DNA of 64,000 nucleotides, taken from assembly GCA_965637545.1 (NCBI GenBank), contig OZ281494.1, forward strand, positions 9,610,001-9,674,000. Direction: 5' to 3'. The stretch comes from Phallusia mammillata (Eukaryota). Below are positions 1 through 9,146 of the stretch, in pieces. The notes below the pieces were generated by a model, which was given only the letters and a program-made list of their open reading frames with translations, was not told the origin of the DNA and searched no databases. Made by a program: the position numbers and the translations under genes. The stretch's first letter is position 1, and every line of letters starts with the position of its first letter.

Positions 1-66
1 CTTGTGCCATTATTAGGAAGTGTTTTGCCGAGTCTGGTTGGAGGCATAAGCAAGTTGTTTAAGTGA
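1..66 (+). CDS. C-terminal end of an upstream Polinton ORF (LVPLLGSVLPSLVGGISKLFK*), amphipathic, adenovirus pX-like tail
   Basis: Frame 1 is open from base 1 to TGA 64-66, which overlaps the next ATG (TGATG). The hydrophobic/amphipathic tail resembles protease-released Polinton core peptides. Confidence 0.55.
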   Translation, partial: LVPLLGSVLPSLVGGISKLFK

Positions 67-677
67 TGTCCGTGCAAAAAATGATGCTCATTGACCCACG
101 CATGTACCGCGATTCGACCACAAAAGTACTATCACGACTTGATGCTGACATGGAACAGATTTTAAATCGGAACGATTTGACGGATCAAGAAAAAATCTCG
201 CAATACCAGGAAGTGTTGGAAAAGTATTTGCTGTTTCACCAGAAACTCGAGAAGCCCCTGGCACTCCCTATCGTACGCAACCCCGCACCTGCAATTCAAA
301 ACAAAGCGCTGAAAACGGACAATCTCGCCGAGCAAACAACTCACTCTATAGCAAAGCCATTCGATGACGCAGCGGAAATGATTGTAACAAGCGCGCCCAA
401 AGCTCTGCAGAAAAAGGCTCGATCACTATTAGATCACTTAAAGCAGAACAACATAAATTGGGACGCGCACAAACAACTGATCTACAATGATCAAGTGATC
501 ACCGGAAGCAATATCGTCTTGGTTCAAGACGCTCTTCGTAAGCGTAAGAATGTAGATCCAATCGGTTGGAAAACATTTGCTGAAATCCTGAAAGAAACCA
601 ACACACCCGAATATATCGTCGGAAACAAAGACCGCTTCAATTTTACCAAAACGAATCCAAGTTGGAAAACCTATTAA
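66..677 (+). CDS. Conserved Polinton/Maverick protein of unknown function
   Basis: About 203-aa ORF inside the element. The pattern W...LIY...ITGSNI...DALR.RK..P.GW..F...L.E.N.P...VGN..R is recognisable from Maverick hypothetical proteins (recall, not searched). Confidence 0.7.
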   Translation: MSVQKMMLIDPRMYRDSTTKVLSRLDADMEQILNRNDLTDQEKISQYQEVLEKYLLFHQKLEKPLALPIVRNPAPAIQNKALKTDNLAEQTTHSIAKPFDDAAEMIVTSAPKALQKKARSLLDHLKQNNINWDAHKQLIYNDQVITGSNIVLVQDALRKRKNVDPIGWKTFAEILKETNTPEYIVGNKDRFNFTKTNPSWKTY

Positions 678-1708
678 TGGAAAAGATATACTACACACCC
701 TCTCAGGCGGGGAGTTTGGGCGGCGTTGATGCCTTGCATCGCTACAGCAAACAAAACCGATCCGATGTGAAACAATGGCTTTCAGGAAGCAGGGCTTATA
801 CCTTGCACAGAACTGCGCGACGTCACTTTCCTCGCAGAAAAGTGGTTGTAGGGGGAATGGGCCAACTCTTTCAAGCCGATCTAATCGATATGAAGCGATT
901 GGCTCGTTTCAACGATAATGTAAAATTTCTGTTGACCAACATTGATGTTTTTTCAAAGGTGGCGTATGTCATTCCTTTGCGCAATAAAACTTCTAGCTCC
1001 GTGGTGAAAGGCTTTTCCAGCATCCTTGAACAAACAAAGCCTTGCAAACTTCAAACAGACCTTGGCAGTGAATTCATATCAAAACCATTTCAAGCTTTGT
1101 TAAAAAAGCACGGCATTGGTTTTTACAGTACTTTTAACGCCGAGACAAAGGCTTCTGTGGTCGAACGTTTTAATCGCACAATTAAAAGCAAGCTATTTCG
1201 ATACATGACCGCGCAAAACACCCATCGCTATATTGATGTACTTGACGACCTTGTTCACTCCTATAATACATCCTATCATCGTGCAATCGGGCGAGCTCCA
1301 TTGGAAGTAAGTGACTGCAATCAGGAAATTGTCTTCCAGAAACTCTATGGCCATCCTGAACCTTTGACCCGACAACGATTTAAACCGGGTGATGCTGTTA
1401 GAATTTCTAAGTTCAAAAAGGTTTTTGGAAAAGGGTACGTTTCGCAGTGGAGCGAAGAATATTTTCATGTAAAACAGCGGCAGCCCGGCGAACCTCCAAC
1501 TTACACGCTATCAGATCTAAACGGGGAACTCTTGCAGGGGACGTTTTACGAAGCGGAACTGCAAAAAATAACTCCGCCGGAAACATTTCAAATTGAAAAA
1601 ATAATAAAGCGAAGAAGAAATAAATTATACGTTAAATGGAAAGATTATTCGCATGATTTCGATAGTTGGATCCCGGCGTCAAGCGTTCAACATGCCAGTG
1701 GTCACTAA
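677..1708 (+). CDS. Retroviral-type (rve, DDE) integrase with C-terminal SH3/KOW-like region and chromodomain
   Basis: Catalytic triad motifs QADLIDM, LQTDLGSEF and VVERFNRT are present. The C-terminal FQIEKIIKRR..LYVKWKDY..DSWIP is a chromodomain. ATG 677 overlaps the upstream TAA. Confidence 0.95.
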   Translation: MEKIYYTPSQAGSLGGVDALHRYSKQNRSDVKQWLSGSRAYTLHRTARRHFPRRKVVVGGMGQLFQADLIDMKRLARFNDNVKFLLTNIDVFSKVAYVIPLRNKTSSSVVKGFSSILEQTKPCKLQTDLGSEFISKPFQALLKKHGIGFYSTFNAETKASVVERFNRTIKSKLFRYMTAQNTHRYIDVLDDLVHSYNTSYHRAIGRAPLEVSDCNQEIVFQKLYGHPEPLTRQRFKPGDAVRISKFKKVFGKGYVSQWSEEYFHVKQRQPGEPPTYTLSDLNGELLQGTFYEAELQKITPPETFQIEKIIKRRRNKLYVKWKDYSHDFDSWIPASSVQHASGH

Positions 1709-1925
1709 GATTTGTGCATCTTCTGGTAAAATTGTCTTCATTTGCCAAATAATTCTAATTTATGGTGTTGTGATTGCCAGCATATTCAATATTTCATCGC
1801 CTCAGCAAACAGAAAAACAGCTTTGGATATCCTTGTTGTCGAGTTGCTTAGGTTACCTGTTACCGAACCCGAAACTGAAGTTCAAAAGGAATGCAGCAAT
1901 TCAACCTAGCCCTGCCGAGCAATAG
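1692..1925 (+). CDS. Small two-transmembrane Polinton protein
   Basis: ATG at 1692 gives 77 aa with two hydrophobic stretches (IVFICQIILIYGVVIASIFNI and LWISLLSSCLGYLLPNP). It overlaps both neighbouring ORFs. Confidence 0.7.
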   Translation: MPVVTKICASSGKIVFICQIILIYGVVIASIFNISSPQQTEKQLWISLLSSCLGYLLPNPKLKFKRNAAIQPSPAEQ

Positions 1926-2619
1926 CAGCTTGGATTTTTATCCGGATAATACAGTGACAAAATACACCACCCGCTTGCCTAGGTCGTTTGCACTACAAGG
2001 CGAGTGGGAACTCGCTCTGGACGAAATTTTTATACCGAAAACATGGAACACTTTTGCGAACGGAGAAGCTTGGCTCAAAATGAAAACTAGGGGTGGAACA
2101 CAGCGCTTGGTTCTTCCCGGGGGTCATTACACAGCTGCATCCTTCGTGCAGGGCTTTCGATCCCTTTTAAGCTTGTCCGAAACAGAATCAAATGTGAGCT
2201 ACTTGAGCATCACCAATCGACTACGTTTAAGCATCGGCGACAATTATCAAATCAAACTCAGCCCCAAGCTTGCCGCCATTTCAGGCTTTGATACCGGGTA
2301 TTTATCAGAAGGCGCTCATTACTCAACTCGACCGCTTGATTTGGCGCAAGGAAGACATCTGATCTCTGTGTATTGCGATATATTGGAGAGCCGAGTGGTC
2401 GGCGATGCGCATGCCCCTCTATTGGCCATCGTCGGAAGTGATTCGGTGCACTTTACAAAAATAATTCATCGCCAATACGCTAAACTTCGATTTCTCAGGG
2501 TACAAAGAAAGGTATTTGATTCTATTACAATTGATATCCGAGACTCAACCGGAAAACCAGTGCCATTTGAAAGTGGGAGCGTTGTGGCGAACTTGACTTT
2601 GCGTGCAATAAAATCATGA
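1891..2619 (+). CDS. Minor capsid protein (penton, single jelly-roll)
   Basis: N-terminal LPSNSS..YPDNT...YTT.LP....L.GEWE.AL.EI and C-terminal VYCDI.E...VGD..APLL...I.IDIRD..G..VPF motifs are typical of Maverick minor capsid proteins. Confidence 0.85.
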   Translation: MQQFNLALPSNSSLDFYPDNTVTKYTTRLPRSFALQGEWELALDEIFIPKTWNTFANGEAWLKMKTRGGTQRLVLPGGHYTAASFVQGFRSLLSLSETESNVSYLSITNRLRLSIGDNYQIKLSPKLAAISGFDTGYLSEGAHYSTRPLDLAQGRHLISVYCDILESRVVGDAHAPLLAIVGSDSVHFTKIIHRQYAKLRFLRVQRKVFDSITIDIRDSTGKPVPFESGSVVANLTLRAIKS

Positions 2620-3029
2620 ACGGTGTTTGTGCAACAGCTTGTCCTTATCAAACCTACTATTTGAATCAGGCGGGTAACGGCCACCCCGTGTTTCACGGAG
2701 CTTCCTATCAACGCGGGCACGGTTTGGGGAATTTGTTTGCGGGTTTGGCTAAAAGCGTGGTGCCTCTGTTAAAGAGTGGCGCTAAAACCGTTGGAAAACA
2801 GCTGATCAGGTCGGGTGTCGAATTCGCGGGCGATTTAATTTCAGGCGTCAATCCGAAAAAAGCAGTCATTCAAAGAAGTAAAGAAGCCGGAAAAAATGTT
2901 TTCGGCTTGGTGGCCGATGCTCTTCAAAAACCACCGAGACAACGCAATAAAAAACGTAAACGCGCGCCTTCCAAAGCCAGTCGCAAAAAGGCAAAGCGGA
3001 CGAAAGGACGTGACATTTTTAGTGGATGA
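2616..3029 (+). CDS. Putative virion core/DNA-binding protein with adenain-type cleavage motifs
   Basis: YY.NQAGNG and YQRGHG|LGNLFAGLAKSVVPLLK motifs, followed by an Arg/Lys-rich C-terminus (RQRNKKRKRAPSKASRKKAKRTK). Confidence 0.75.
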   Translation: MNGVCATACPYQTYYLNQAGNGHPVFHGASYQRGHGLGNLFAGLAKSVVPLLKSGAKTVGKQLIRSGVEFAGDLISGVNPKKAVIQRSKEAGKNVFGLVADALQKPPRQRNKKRKRAPSKASRKKAKRTKGRDIFSG

Positions 3030-4333
3030 GAATGACCTGTCACCCCAAGTCAGCAGAATGTGTTAAAAGCGAGTTGGATTTGTTTATGATTCCTCCGACA
3101 GATACAACTTGTACTGAAGGTTACTTTAGCGAATACTTACCCATCAGCACCATAGGAGAAGCATCTCCGATAGAATTCCACATTTCACCTACAACCGATG
3201 AGTACATAGACTTGTTTCACACCCATTTTCAAATCCGCGCCAAAGTCCTCAACGCGGATGGATCTGCTTTGGCGAATGACGCGGAAGTGTCGGTTGTCAA
3301 CAATTTTGCGCATAGTCTGTTTAGTCAAGTGGATTTATCAGTCAACGATAAATTGGTTACCTCTGCAACAAACACTTACAGCTATAGGGCGTACATTGAG
3401 ACTCTGATGTCATTTGGCCCGGCAGCGAAACAATCTTACCTAACAAGCGGTTTGTATTACAAAGATACAGCGGGAAAATTCGATACTATGTCAGGGGCAA
3501 ACGGCGGATATGCCAAACGCAAAGCCTTTATCGCCGAAAGCAAAACAGTAGATCTTTACGCGAAACCGCATCTTGACTTGTGTAACCAAGACCGTTATGT
3601 TTTGAACGGGGTTGGTTTGAAATTTCGTTTTCTACGCAATTCGGATGAATTTGCTTTGATGTGCGCCGATGACGCAAACTACAAAATTCGCGTGGAAAAT
3701 ATGTCATTGTTCATCCGAAAAGTGAAAATCAGCCCTGCCGTTCAAATAGCACACGCGAAAGCGCTACTCAAATCCAACGCCTTGTATCCGATACGACGAA
3801 CTGATGTGAAAATTCTAAGCATTGGAGCGGGAAACATGGATTTAAATCAACAGAATCTATTTCTGGGACAGGCTCCTAAAAGGGTTGTTGTTGGACTCGT
3901 AGAAAACAGCGCTTACAATGGAACGAGATCCAAAAATCCATTCAATTTTAAAAATTTCAAAGTGAATTTCATGGCCCTCCACATCGGAGCAAAAACTGTT
4001 CCTTCGAAAGTCCTAAAGCCTAATTTTGACGAAGATCTGTTCATGCGTTGTTACACCTCCATGTATACGGCCACTGGCAAGTTCTTTGAAGATCTCGGCA
4101 ACAACATATCTCGCAAGGATTACAAAAACGGTTTCGCGCTTTTTTCTTTCAATCTTTCGCCAGACTTAAATTCAGGAAGTCATTTTGGTTTAAAGCAGAA
4201 GGGGAACATACGCTTGCAATTGCAATTCGCATCGCTGCTGACAGCAACGGTGAACGTCATCGTTTATGCAGAGTTTGATAATATTTTGGAATTGAACAAA
4301 GACAGAACAGTGCTGTTTGACTACTCCGCCTGA
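3026..4333 (+). CDS. Major capsid protein (double jelly-roll, hexon-like)
   Basis: 435 aa. C.KSELDLF..PPT, PIEF.I, NNFAHSLFSQV, YRAYIETL, NPFNF and VIVYAEF motifs are characteristic of Maverick major capsid proteins. Confidence 0.9.
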   Translation: MRMTCHPKSAECVKSELDLFMIPPTDTTCTEGYFSEYLPISTIGEASPIEFHISPTTDEYIDLFHTHFQIRAKVLNADGSALANDAEVSVVNNFAHSLFSQVDLSVNDKLVTSATNTYSYRAYIETLMSFGPAAKQSYLTSGLYYKDTAGKFDTMSGANGGYAKRKAFIAESKTVDLYAKPHLDLCNQDRYVLNGVGLKFRFLRNSDEFALMCADDANYKIRVENMSLFIRKVKISPAVQIAHAKALLKSNALYPIRRTDVKILSIGAGNMDLNQQNLFLGQAPKRVVVGLVENSAYNGTRSKNPFNFKNFKVNFMALHIGAKTVPSKVLKPNFDEDLFMRCYTSMYTATGKFFEDLGNNISRKDYKNGFALFSFNLSPDLNSGSHFGLKQKGNIRLQLQFASLLTATVNVIVYAEFDNILELNKDRTVLFDYSA

Positions 4334-4774
4334 ATGGATTCTCTCACCATAAAACGCATTTTAAACGAAGATAAAAAAGCCAGACGCATCTTCCGCGGAG
4401 TGTATCCGAAAGATCAAATAAACGGCATCGAGGTTCATGCACCGGCCGCGTACGTTTTTAATACCGATGACCACGATGAACCCGGAACTCACTGGTGTGC
4501 TGCTTATTTCGACGACAGCGGCAAGGGTTACTATTTCGACAGCTACGGATTAATGATTTTTCCCGAATTTTACAACTTTATGTCCGACAACGCCACTCAG
4601 TGGACGTTCAATAATATCCAACTCCAAAGCTTTCAATCCTCGGTTTGTGGACATTATGTAATTCTGTTTGTATTCGCTGTATCACGAAACATCTCAATGG
4701 AAGACTTTGTAAACTCTTTTTCGTCCAATTATATAGCAAATGACTTGGTTGTACAAACGTTATTCGATGAATAA
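4334..4774 (+). CDS. Adenain-like (adenovirus-type) cysteine maturation protease
   Basis: Catalytic motifs GTHW, YFDSYG and Q....SSVCG (His-Asp-Gln-Cys) are all intact. Confidence 0.93.
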   Translation: MDSLTIKRILNEDKKARRIFRGVYPKDQINGIEVHAPAAYVFNTDDHDEPGTHWCAAYFDDSGKGYYFDSYGLMIFPEFYNFMSDNATQWTFNNIQLQSFQSSVCGHYVILFVFAVSRNISMEDFVNSFSSNYIANDLVVQTLFDE

Positions 4775-4775
4775 A
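4770..4775 (+). terminator. AATAAA polyadenylation signal overlapping the protease stop codon
   Basis: GAATAAA spans the TAA stop at 4772-4774 at the end of the co-directional cassette. Confidence 0.5.
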
Positions 4776-5024
4776 TTCTCCCCGAAGCGCTTGGCAATTG
4801 ACTGCGTCAAAACCGTCTTTGCAATATTACGTCAGAAAACAGGTCTGCAGGCGCGAATTAATTGGCTTCGCCAAGCCCTTTGATGGGCCTGGTAAACACG
4901 ATTGCCTAGCGTACAATTGTTCCCATCCAATTGCCCTCAATAGCAATGCAATTCAGGAAACAATTTCCGCAAGCGAGGCCAGCTCACCACAAACGTAAAG
5001 ATAATGCTATCTTGCGGTTTTTAC

Positions 5025-5527
5025 CGTTTAGGGTTATATCAATCTGGGCAACAAACTACCTAGGGTTATACCTAATACATACCAAATAGTTAGGAAAATC
5101 ATCCATAGGATTACATTCATTACCCTCTAAAGGGTTATAGTTAGAATTATTAGCATCTCAAATTAACGTCTAAACTTAGGGTTATTACCCTTAGGATTGA
5201 AGCTCCTAAACTTTGGGTCAGAGTCTAAACTTAGAATGATTACCGTCTAAACCTAGGGTTAGGGTTAGGGTTAGCATTTAAACCTAGGGTCTTAACTAGG
5301 GTTAGGGTTAGGGTTAGCTCCTAAACTTTGGGTCAGAGTCTAAACTTAGAATGATTACCGTCTAAACCTAGGGTTAGCATTTAAACCTAGGGTCTTAACT
5401 AGGGTTATAGTTAGGGTTAGCGTCTAAACTAAGGGTCTAAACTTAGGGTTAACGTCTAACCGTCTATAGGGTTAGACCGGAAGTAATTGAGCATACTTGG
5501 TGGGTCAAAGCCACAATATATACTACT
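5025..5527. repeat. Polinton right terminal (probable TIR) region with telomere-like TTAGGG/CTAGGG repeats and an internal ~114-bp tandem duplication
   Basis: CTAGGG(TTAGGG)2TTAG at 5253-5274 and 5296-5317, with scattered TTAGGG. AGCTCCTAAACTTTGGGTCAGAGTCTAAACTTAGAATG occurs at about 5201 and 5315. Confidence 0.75.
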
Positions 5528-6250
5528 CAAATTATGCTTCCTTGGTTAAAGATTAGCATCACTTTACGCCATGATGTGTTACATAACTTATGGCCCTAAA
5601 ATTCGTGCAACTGTTAACTTTAAAGTAGAAAAATACAGTCAATAAAGTTTCCCGAAAATATCTTAAAACATGGCAGTGCGGGCATTTCCTGGAGCAGCAA
5701 CCTGTCGTGCTGAAGATGGCTTCTTCCGTTGTTTGCACACTGGCGTTTGCATTCCACGGTACAAAGTTCGAAGTTACGGAAGCGACTGCTGGCTGGGTGC
5801 GGTGGCAGACGAGAGCGATGAGGATAGAGGTCAGCTCAAGAAACTATTTTTTCAAATGCTTTCAGTTTAAAGTATCCATTCATCATAACAACGATAACAC
5901 ATAGGACAGTTGCTTACTTTAAAAAAGTTAAATTTCAGAACCCTTGAATTGCACCGATGATGAATTTAAATGCCGCTCTCTCAAAAAGTGTGTACCGCGT
6001 TATCTTCTCAACACCAAAGAAAGCTGCAAATTAAACGAGGGCTTGATTCTTCCATGCAGAAATCAGACAGGTTGGTTGGTTGTTACTAAACTGCAACTTC
6101 AAATCCATTTATATTAGTAGTTTTTTATGGAAAGTTCCTCCTTTAACAATTCAAAACATTTTCATTCCTCCCTAATAAACTACACAGTAAATGTTTAACC
6201 TTACAAAGATCATTTAAAATTAGGTGCTTTTTAACTTTACGGTTTATATC

Positions 6251-6430
6251 CAGTGGTGGGTTTCATTTTTTTTGTCTGGCGGTTCTATCACAAAAGTCTT
6301 ATTTTTCAGCCGGTTCTGTTACAAATAGTCCATTGACAGTAACCAGTAATGCTAACCGGTTCGCTGATCTCATAAAATTTCGTGAGACGGTTCTATACAA
6401 CCGGTGCGGACCGGCTGAATCCCACCACTG
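6251..6430. mobile_element. Small MITE in GPCR intron 3 (also in copy 4 at about 60428-60606)
   Basis: TIR CAGTGGTGGG.TTCA / TGAATCCCACCACTG. It is absent at the orthologous site in copy 3 (about 53186-53195). The TSD is degenerate. Confidence 0.75.
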
Positions 6431-8094
6431 TTTACGTCCCTAGAACTATAAAGTGTTTGTTTACAAATAACGTGTACAAGTTAAAGTCAATTTCTCCCAT
6501 CAGGTTTCAAAATTTCCGGTAAGGTACCACTGCGCTATATGTAGACAAGTCACTGTTCCATTTATTGTATCATAGAATTCACGTGCAAACGCAGCAAGTT
6601 GTGTATTCCACGTTGGATGGTGAAGAACGGCAAGCGCAATTGTGACACAATGGTAGTGAAGGACGGAAGTGACGAAACCATCGATGTAACCTCATGTGAC
6701 GCTTCAGAATTTCCCTGTTCCAACAACACTTCCTCACCACTACAGTGCATTCCGAGGGCATGTGTTGGAGACGGTGTGAAGGATTGTGCAAATGGAAGAG
6801 ATGAAATTACGAACTTGACAAGTTGTTACAATGACACAGAGTTTCGGTGTAACACAAACGGACGTTGTTTGGAGCGACATCGAGTGATAAATAATTTTCC
6901 TGATTGTCCTGATGGTTCCGATGAAAAGTAAGCTCTTAAATGCATTCCAGATAAAGAGTTTCGATGCCACGACAACGGTCGTTGCATTCCGCGCTCGTGG
7001 CGAGGAAACACCTTCGTGAACTGTAACGATGGAAGCGACGAAATTCCATGGAGCGCAAACGAAACGTGCTTTGATGGCGAATTTCGTTGTCACAACGGCA
7101 AGCGATGCATTTCCATCTACTTGTTGTGTGACGGCATGGATCACTGCGGTGACTGTAGCGACGAGATTGAGAGCTGCACTGAACCCAGGATGCTTCGATG
7201 TCCTAACGAGCCGGGTACGTGTGTGCTTCCCACCTATTCCTGCGATGAGTTTGCAGACTGCCCAGAAAATACCGAATACGTCAAACATACCACTGGCTTC
7301 AAGTGTAACAAAGTTGTGGCCGGAATTGACAGTACTGTGTACTGCGTTCTGCCCCAATGGACATTAACTGATGAATATCCGATTTGCCAAGATTCGTCAG
7401 ATTTGTGTTTTGTCAACGGAACTTTCAACTGTCATCGGTGTTTGTATTCGGACATGATTATTTCACCCAAACAGTTATGTGACGGTATTTTTGACTGTCC
7501 TGACCTAACAGACGAATGCCTTTGCGCCCGAAATGTTCCGGGTTCGGCTTCGTCAGTATATCTGTGTGACAATGTGTGCTATGGTGATTCTGGCAACCCT
7601 GCTTGTTCGTTGTGCAGCATGGGGCAAGTAAAATGTGGATTGGAAGACGTATGTATTTCCAAATCACAAGTGTGCGACGGTAAAGTGGATTGTCCTATCA
7701 CAAAGCTTGATGAGCTTCACTGTGGCAGATCAACCAATCAGGACAACGTAATTAACTTAAAAAATTTTCATTGCGACCCCATTCCACAAGAAATAAGCAA
7801 AGTTATTCAAACAGTGTTGACCAAAGATGTCATAAACACCTTAGCTCCTTCGCAAGCTACAAAGTACGAGGCTGTTTGGCAATAGAAGAGAAGTATACGT
7901 ATTTCATGATTATGGTTTCTGTTGTTGCAGGTGTAACAACGTTGTGGAGTGTTCAAGATTCGAAGACGAGTGCAGCGAGAGAGCAAATTGTAGCATCAGA
8001 CATCCACTGTGCGACCAAATTCCTATGGACGTGGTAATGTTTTGACTGAGGGGTATTTCCATCCTTCATACTTCCTGTAATGTATAGTTTAAAC

Positions 8095-8679
8095 CAGTGG
8101 TCTTCAACCTGTGGGTCGCGACCCCAAGTGGGGTCGCCTAAACTGTTTCTGGGGTCGCCATAAATTCAAGTTATTGGCGTTTAAATTTATTACCTAAAAA
8201 AATGATACGTTTTCGTTCTAGTTCGCAACCTTTGCTCATGTTCTGCAGTATAACTTGGTAGCTCCAGTCACAATCTAATCATTGTGATGCAGTAATCCAC
8301 ATGAAACACAGTCATCTAACCCATTGTTACGCCATAGAGCCTCATTAATGACATATTGTGTCCAAAATAATACAGCGAGTACAGGGAAATATACATGATT
8401 TTACTGATTTCTGCAAACTGGTGAGCTTTAACGCGAATTAGACTGGTCAAAGTAAATAAAACGTTTGGGTTCTAACATTTAAGCGTAATAACGCACGCTG
8501 AATGTTAATAGTTAAAGTATACTGGAAAATTGAGCGTTCATGTTTACATAAAAATAGTTTCAGTTTTGACATTACTACAAACATTTTTCTCCCTATTGGA
8601 AAAAACGGGGTCGCATGTAAATGCTGATTTAATTTTCTTTTAAATTGGGGTCGCCTTTAAAAAAGGTTGAAGACCACTG
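8095..8679. mobile_element. hAT-type MITE
   Basis: TIR CAGTGGTCTTCAACCT / AGGTTGAAGACCACTG with an 8-bp TSD GTTTAAAC (8087-8094, 8680-8687). Empty site in copy 4 at about 62260. Confidence 0.9.
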
Positions 8680-9146
8680 GTTTAAACTATTGAATGTGGA
8701 AGCCTTGATTTGCATAAAGTTCGTGCTTATACTTCTCTTTTGACACTTATTCATCATCTATTGCCACTTAGTGCCTAAGTTAAGACAGTGTTACCATATG
8801 TTGACTACAACTGTGTTACGAAAATCTTGCGACCAATTTCTTCTTAGATGTTTATCTCTGGACACTTACTCGGTGGAGATCTACTGGCAGTGCAAGCACG
8901 AAAATGTCAACTACATTTTGGCTTCAGTTCCATTCTAGGTTCATCAATTTGCAACGGATATGAGGAATGTCAGGAAGGTTACGACGAAGCGATTTGCCTC
9001 GGTCGCTTTCGATGCGCAGCAGGACAAGTCGAAACTTTAGTTTACGGTTAATAGATTGTCATTCAGACCTAAAAAGGCTGTATTTGTTTGTTGATTATTT
9101 AGTTATGTGTTTAATACTTTTTGCATTACTACAAAAGCTGGCATAC

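Larger units (their letters stand above)
1..5527 (+). mobile_element. Polinton/Maverick (adintovirus-like) endogenous element, right-hand part; left part with pPolB/ATPase presumably upstream of the window
   Basis: Contiguous integrase, minor capsid, major capsid and adenain protease ORFs. A non-coding terminal region ends in TATACTACT (5519-5527), the reverse complement of the AGTAGT Polinton terminus. Host GPCR intron sequence resumes at 5528. Confidence 0.93.

Noticed and set aside
4798-4998. 66-aa ORF after the protease
   Set aside because: It has a non-ATG start, lies past the polyA signal in the terminal region, and shows no recognisable motif.
5253-5317. TTAGGG repeats as a real telomere or chromosome-fusion scar
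   Set aside because: There are only 2-3 units per block, they lie inside the Polinton terminus, and ordinary intron sequence resumes at 5528.
6740-7357. 205-aa antisense ORF repeated in several GPCR copies (also 23264-23881 and 60916-61533)
   Set aside because: It is a shadow of the Cys-rich coding exon. Its recurrence is explained by paralog identity, and it is shortened in copy 3.
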